Source of the DNA: Mobula hypostoma | Lineage: Eukaryota | Direction of reading: 5' to 3' | DNA length: 64,000 nucleotides | NCBI RefSeq assembly: GCF_963921235.1 | Contig: NC_086118.1 | Coordinates: forward strand, 16,058,001 to 16,122,000 | Part shown: positions 59,319 through 64,000 of the stretch, in pieces | Numbering within the stretch: the first letter of the stretch is position 1 | Layout: each line of letters begins with the position of its first letter | Position numbers and translations under genes: made by a program | Notes under the pieces: model-generated | The model's database searches: none | Told to the model about the DNA's origin: nothing | Seen by the model: only the letters and a program-made list of their open reading frames with translations

Positions 59319-62131
59319 CATAGAAACATAGAAACATAGAAAATAGGTGCAGGAGTAGGCCATTCGGCCCTTCGAGCCTGCACCGCCATTTATTATGATC
59401 ATGGCTGATCATCCAACTCAGAACCCCGCCCCAGCCTTCCCTCCATACCCCCTGACCCCCGTAGCCACAAGGGCCATATCTAACTCCCTCTTAAACATAG
59501 CCAATGAACTGGCCTCAACTGTTTCCTGTGGCAGAGAATTCCACAGATTCACCACTCTCTGTGTGAAGAAGTTTTTCCTAATCTCGGTCCTAAAAGGCTT
59601 CCCCTCTATCCTCAAACTGTGACCCCTCGTTCTGGACTTCCCCAACATCGGGAACAATCTTCCTGCATCTAGCCTGTCCAATCCCTTTAGGATCTTATAC
59701 GTTTCAATCAGATCCCCCCTCAATCTTCTAAATTCCAACGAGTTTGATTCGAAGAAGGAGTCTGAGAGTCTGAGTGGGAGTGCCGAGAAAGACATTTTTG
59801 AAATTTTCGTTATTTTTTTCTCCAACAGCTTTCTGAGAAGCGGGACTGCGCAGGCGTGTGACGTCGGGCTGTGCAGCGCGGCAGATTTAAAAGGAACAAA
59901 GCCTCATAGAGCGGGCAGCGTAGTTTGCGGGCGGCAGAGTGAGCCGGGAGCAGAGTGAAGACCTAAGGGCTTCGGCTCACCGGGCTTAGGCGGAAGCGGG
60001 CGAGGCGAGGAAGGTTTGACATTCATTTTCTGTTGTTATTTGAGGAGAGGGGCATTATGAGTGTGAGGGCAGTTTGCTGTTCTCGGTGTCGGATGTGGGA
60101 GGCCCTGGAGTCTCCAAGCCTCCCAGACGTCTACATCTGCGCCAAGTGCGTCGAGATGCAGCTCCTAAGGGACCGCGTTACAGAACTGGAGCTGCAGCTT
60201 GATGACCTTCGTCTGGTCAGGGAGAGCGAGGAGGTGATAGAGAGGAGTGGAAGGCAGGTGGTCACGCCGGGGCCACGGGAGGCAGACAAGTGGGTCACGG
60301 TTAGGAGGGGGAAGGGGAAAAGTCAGGTGATGGGGAGTACCCCGGTGGCTGTGCCCCTTAACAACAGGTACTCCTGTTTGAGTACTGTTGGGGGGGACAG
60401 CTTACCCGGGGGCAGCGACAGTGGCCGTGCCTCCGGCAGAGAGTCTGGCCCTGTAGCTCAGAAGGGTAGGGCAAGGAAGAGGAGGGCAGTTGTGATAGGG
60501 GACTCGATAGTAAGGGGGTCAGATAGGCGATTCTGTGGACGCAGTCCAAAGACCCGGATGGTAGTTTGCCTCCCTGGTGCCAGGGTCCGGGATATTTCTG
60601 ATCGTGTCCAAGATATCCTGAAGTGGGAGGGTGAGGAGCCAGAGGTCGTGGTACATATAGGTACCAATGACATAGGTAGGAAAAGGGATGAGGTCCTGAA
60701 AGGAGAATATAGGGAGTTGAGAAAAAGGACCGCAAAGGTAGTAATCTCGGGATTACTGCCTGTGCCACGCGACAGTGAGAGTACGAATGCAATGAGGTGG
60801 AGGATAAATGCGTGGCTGAGGGATTGGAGCAGGGGGCAGGGATTCAAGTTTTTGGATCATTGGGGCCTCTTTTGGCGCAGGCGTGACCTGTACAAAAAGG
60901 ACGGGTTACACTTGAATCCTAGGGGAACCAATATCCTGGCAGGGAGATTAGTGGGGGCTACTGAGGTGACTTTAAACTAGAATGGTTGGGGGGTGGGAAT
61001 CAAATTAAAGAGGCTAGGTGTGAGGAGGTTAGTTCACAACAGAGGGATGGGAACCAGTGCAGGGAGACAGAGGGGTGTAAAGTGAGGGTAGAAGCAAAAA
61101 GTACAAAGGAGAAAATTAAAAGTGGCAGGCCGACAAATCCAGGGCAAGCATTAAAAAGGGCCACTTTTCAACATAATTGTATAAGGGCTAAGAGAGTTGT
61201 AAAAGAGCGCCTGAAGGCTTTATGTGTCAATGCAAGGAGCATTCGTAATAAGGTGGATGAATTGAAAGTGCAGATTGTTATTAATGATTATGATATAGTT
61301 GGGATCACAGAGACATGGCTCCAGGGTGACCAGGGATGGGAGCTCAATGTTCAGGGATATTCAATATTCAGGAGGGATAGACATGAAGGAAGGGGAGGTG
61401 GGGTGGCGTTGCTGGTTAAAGAAGAGATTAACGCAATAGAAAGGAAAGACATAAGCCAGGAAGATGTGGAATCGATATGGGTAGAGCTGCGTAACACTAA
61501 GGGGCAGAAGACGCTGGTGGGAGTTTGACATAGTTAATTCAGAAACAAAGGTTCTGAACTTAAAGAGGGGTAACTTTGAAGGTATGAGACGTGAATTAGT
61601 TAAGATAGACTGGCAAATGACACTTAAAGGATTGACGGTGGATATGCAATGGCAAGCATTTAAAGGTTGCATGGATGAACTACAACAATTGTTCATCCCA
61701 GTTTGGCAAAAGAATAAATCAAGGAAGGTAGTGCACCCGTGGCTGACAAGAGAAATTAGGGATAGTATCAATTCCAAAGAAGAAGCATACAAATTAGCCA
61801 GAGAAAGTGGCTCACCTGAGGACTGGGAGAAATTCAGAGTTCAGCAGAGGAGGACAAAGGGCTTAATTAGGAAGGGGAAAAAAGATTATTAGAGAAAACT
61901 GGCATGGAACATAAAAACGGACTGTAAAAGCTTTTATAGATATGTAAAAAGGAAAAGACTGGTAAAGACAAATGTAGGTCCCCTGCAGACGGAAACAGGT
62001 GAATTGATTATGGGGAGCAAGGACATGGCAGACCAATTGAATAATTACTTTGGTTCTGTCTTCACTAAGGAGGACATAAATAATCTTCCAGAAATAGTAC
62101 TCGTTGGAATTTAGAAGATTGAGGGGGGATC
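59319..62131. mobile_element. Young CR1 LINE insertion with inverted 5' part: 3' end on minus (59319-59743); 5'UTR-ORF1-partial ORF2 on plus (59744-62131)
   Basis: (CATAGAAA)n tail at left; open ORF1; ORF2 start LCVNARSIRNKV...GITETWL; a 33-bp segment present in both parts in opposite orientation. Confidence 0.9.
60057..60980 (+). CDS. CR1 ORF1 protein: CxxC...CxxC zinc finger, leucine zipper, SGNH esterase
   Basis: CSRC...CAKC; heptad LLRDRVTELELQLDDL; GDSIVRG, HIGTND and DGLH esterase blocks; open reading frame. Confidence 0.9.
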   Translation: MSVRAVCCSRCRMWEALESPSLPDVYICAKCVEMQLLRDRVTELELQLDDLRLVRESEEVIERSGRQVVTPGPREADKWVTVRRGKGKSQVMGSTPVAVPLNNRYSCLSTVGGDSLPGGSDSGRASGRESGPVAQKGRARKRRAVVIGDSIVRGSDRRFCGRSPKTRMVVCLPGARVRDISDRVQDILKWEGEEPEVVVHIGTNDIGRKRDEVLKGEYRELRKRTAKVVISGLLPVPRDSESTNAMRWRINAWLRDWSRGQGFKFLDHWGLFWRRRDLYKKDGLHLNPRGTNILAGRLVGATEVTLN

Positions 62132-62149
62132 ATGATAATATAGAGCAGA

Positions 62150-62785
62150 CTTTCTCGGCCTTTTTGTCCTGGAGGATCCTTGAAATAATTTTCAATTCTT
62201 TGGGAATCCCTCCGTAAAAAATATTGTATCTACAACTCACGGTACGTTAGCATGATCAATAACTTGCAGATATAATACTCCAAAACTAATTGTCAATGCT
62301 CTTTTGAATAGAGAATGAATTTTTAGTTTACCTTTCTTGAAATTAATCTCTTTCTTTCCCTTTCATAAATTTTTAAAACTCATAAGGTAAACATAATAAA
62401 TTTCTCATTTCTGGGTCGAACTTGAGATAACCACACACGGATTTCATCTTCAACTGAAATGAGACAATTTCTATCCTTGTTCTTGATGCCTGTTAAACAA
62501 GTAAAAGCTTGGTCACGCCTAATAAATTGAAAACTACCCCAAAATGTTCATTGGCAGGATACTCTTCTTTCACAGAAACCCAGAACTTGTCCAGGGGCAG
62601 GTCTGTAAATCTCAGCTTGAGTGCACAATCAGAGTGTAACTCAGAAAGTTCTTCCTCTTCTCTCAAAGTCAAGTTCTCAGGCTGAGTAGAAGATGTGGAG
62701 AAAAGGTCCCTCGACCAGTCATAGATTTGTGTTGAAAGGGAGGAAAATACGGTTGAATTTTGTTCTGCAGTTCTTCACAGCCCAA
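62150..62785 (-). mobile_element. hAT (Charlie/Buster-like) transposase C-terminal remnant
   Basis: Minus-strand pieces ENLTLREEEELSELHSDCALKLRFTDLPLDKFWVSVKEEYP and IKNKDRNCLISVEDEIRV resemble the hAT dimerization domain. Confidence 0.75.
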
Positions 62786-62984
62786 GTTGGGAGAATCCAT
62801 TCAATGCTCAGAAAGTGGACTTCACGCTCTTCAACTGCCTACCGTCCTCCCCCTGTGCAATATAGCACTCACCAATTCAACGATCTCCCCTATCTCGTGT
62901 CAAAAACTGAGAACAGACTCAACCGAATAAACACGGTCCTACTGCCCCACAGAATTTTTTGTATCTCCCTACCTGGACTCCATT

Positions 62985-64000
62985 TTGTCACCCATAGTTC
63001 AGTCCCTCCCCACCTACATCTGGGATACATCCCATGCCCTCCACCTCTTCAATAACTTCCCCGGTCCTGACCGCTTCATTTTCACTCTGAATGGCCAGTC
63101 CTTATACACCTCCATTCCCCATCAAGAAGGCCTCAAAGCCCTCCACTACTTTCTGGACAATAGACCTCACCAGTTCCCCACCACCACTACCCTCCTCCGG
63201 TTGGCAGAACTGGTAATCATACTTAATAACTTCTCTTTTGGCTCTTCCCACTTTCTGCAGACCAAGTGTGTAGCTATGGGCACTCACATGGGCCCCAGCT
63301 ATGCCTGCCTCTTCATTGGTTATGTGGAATAGTCTGTGCTCCAAACCTATTCTGGTACTGCTCCCCAACTTTTCCTTCACTACATTGACGACTACATTGG
63401 TGCTGCTTCCTGCACCCATGCTGAGCTCGTCAATTTCATCGACTTTGCTTCAAACTTCCACCCAGCCCTCAAATTCACTTGATCTATCTCGGACACTTCT
63501 CGATCTCTTGGTTTCCAGCTCTGGAGACAGACTATCCACTGACATCTTCTACAAGCCCACAGACTCTCATAACTACCTCGATCATACCTCTTACCACCCT
63601 GCCACATGCAAAAATGCCATTCCCTATTCCCAGTTCCTCCATCTCAGCCACATCTGCTCCCAGGATGAGGCTTTCTGTTCCAGGACAGCTCAAATGTCCT
63701 CTTTCTTTAAGGATCGTGGTTTCCCTTCTGCCATCATCAATGATGCCCTCACCCGCATCCCCTCCAGTTCCTGCACTTCGGCCCTCACCCCATCCTCCCA
63801 CCACCACAACAGGGACAGAGTTCCCCTTGTCCTCACCTACCACCCCACCAGCCTCCGGATCCAGCACTTTATCCTCCGCAACTTCCGCCACCTTCAACAG
63901 GACTCCACCACTAATCACATCTTTCCCTGTCCACTTTCCCTCCGCGACTCCCTGATCCACACGTCCCTCCCCACCGATCTCCCACCCGGCACTTATCCCT
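62985..64000 (+). mobile_element. Neptune-type PLE RT region running off the window
   Basis: SLYTSIPH, VAMGTHMGPSYA, YIDD and FYKPTDSHNYL motifs, with stops. Confidence 0.9.

Noticed and set aside
60033-60980. Esterase ORF as a novel or domesticated enzyme gene
   Set aside because: Zinc finger, leucine zipper and SGNH esterase is the known ORF1 of CR1-group LINEs, and it sits in its normal LINE context.

Overview
Vertebrate genomic DNA, most likely from a cartilaginous fish such as a ray or skate. This is inferred from HE1/V-SINEs, abundant CR1 and Rex1 LINEs and Penelope-like elements. It carries the SCO1-ADPRM-TMEM220 block also found at human 17p13.1. SCO1 (minus strand) has four 5' coding exons here (20336 to 3707) and continues off the left edge. 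ADPRM (plus strand) is complete, 343 aa from the conserved ATG, head-to-head with SCO1. TMEM220 (minus strand) is complete, 6 exons and 175 aa, tail-to-tail with ADPRM. Most of the remaining sequence is transposon-derived: a decayed Gypsy element, three solo LTRs, CR1/Rex1/RTE/L2 LINE pieces, several SINE families, Harbinger, hAT and Tigger DNA elements, and many Penelope-like elements (PLEs) carrying minimal hammerhead ribozymes. The points most worth follow-up are: (1) a repeated asymmetric fold-back PLE insertion design with 10-15 bp target duplications, plus intact sense-strand intronic hammerheads; (2) a CR1 LINE with a twin-priming-type 5' inversion; (3) a Tigger element resembling mammalian Tigger4/Zombi; (4) a TAGTAG tandem acceptor in SCO1 whose first AG would insert a stop codon; (5) an in-frame upstream ATG giving ADPRM a 19-aa extension; (6) a 39-bp-stem intronic hairpin. 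I found no clear new host gene system. All coordinates and translations were worked out by hand.
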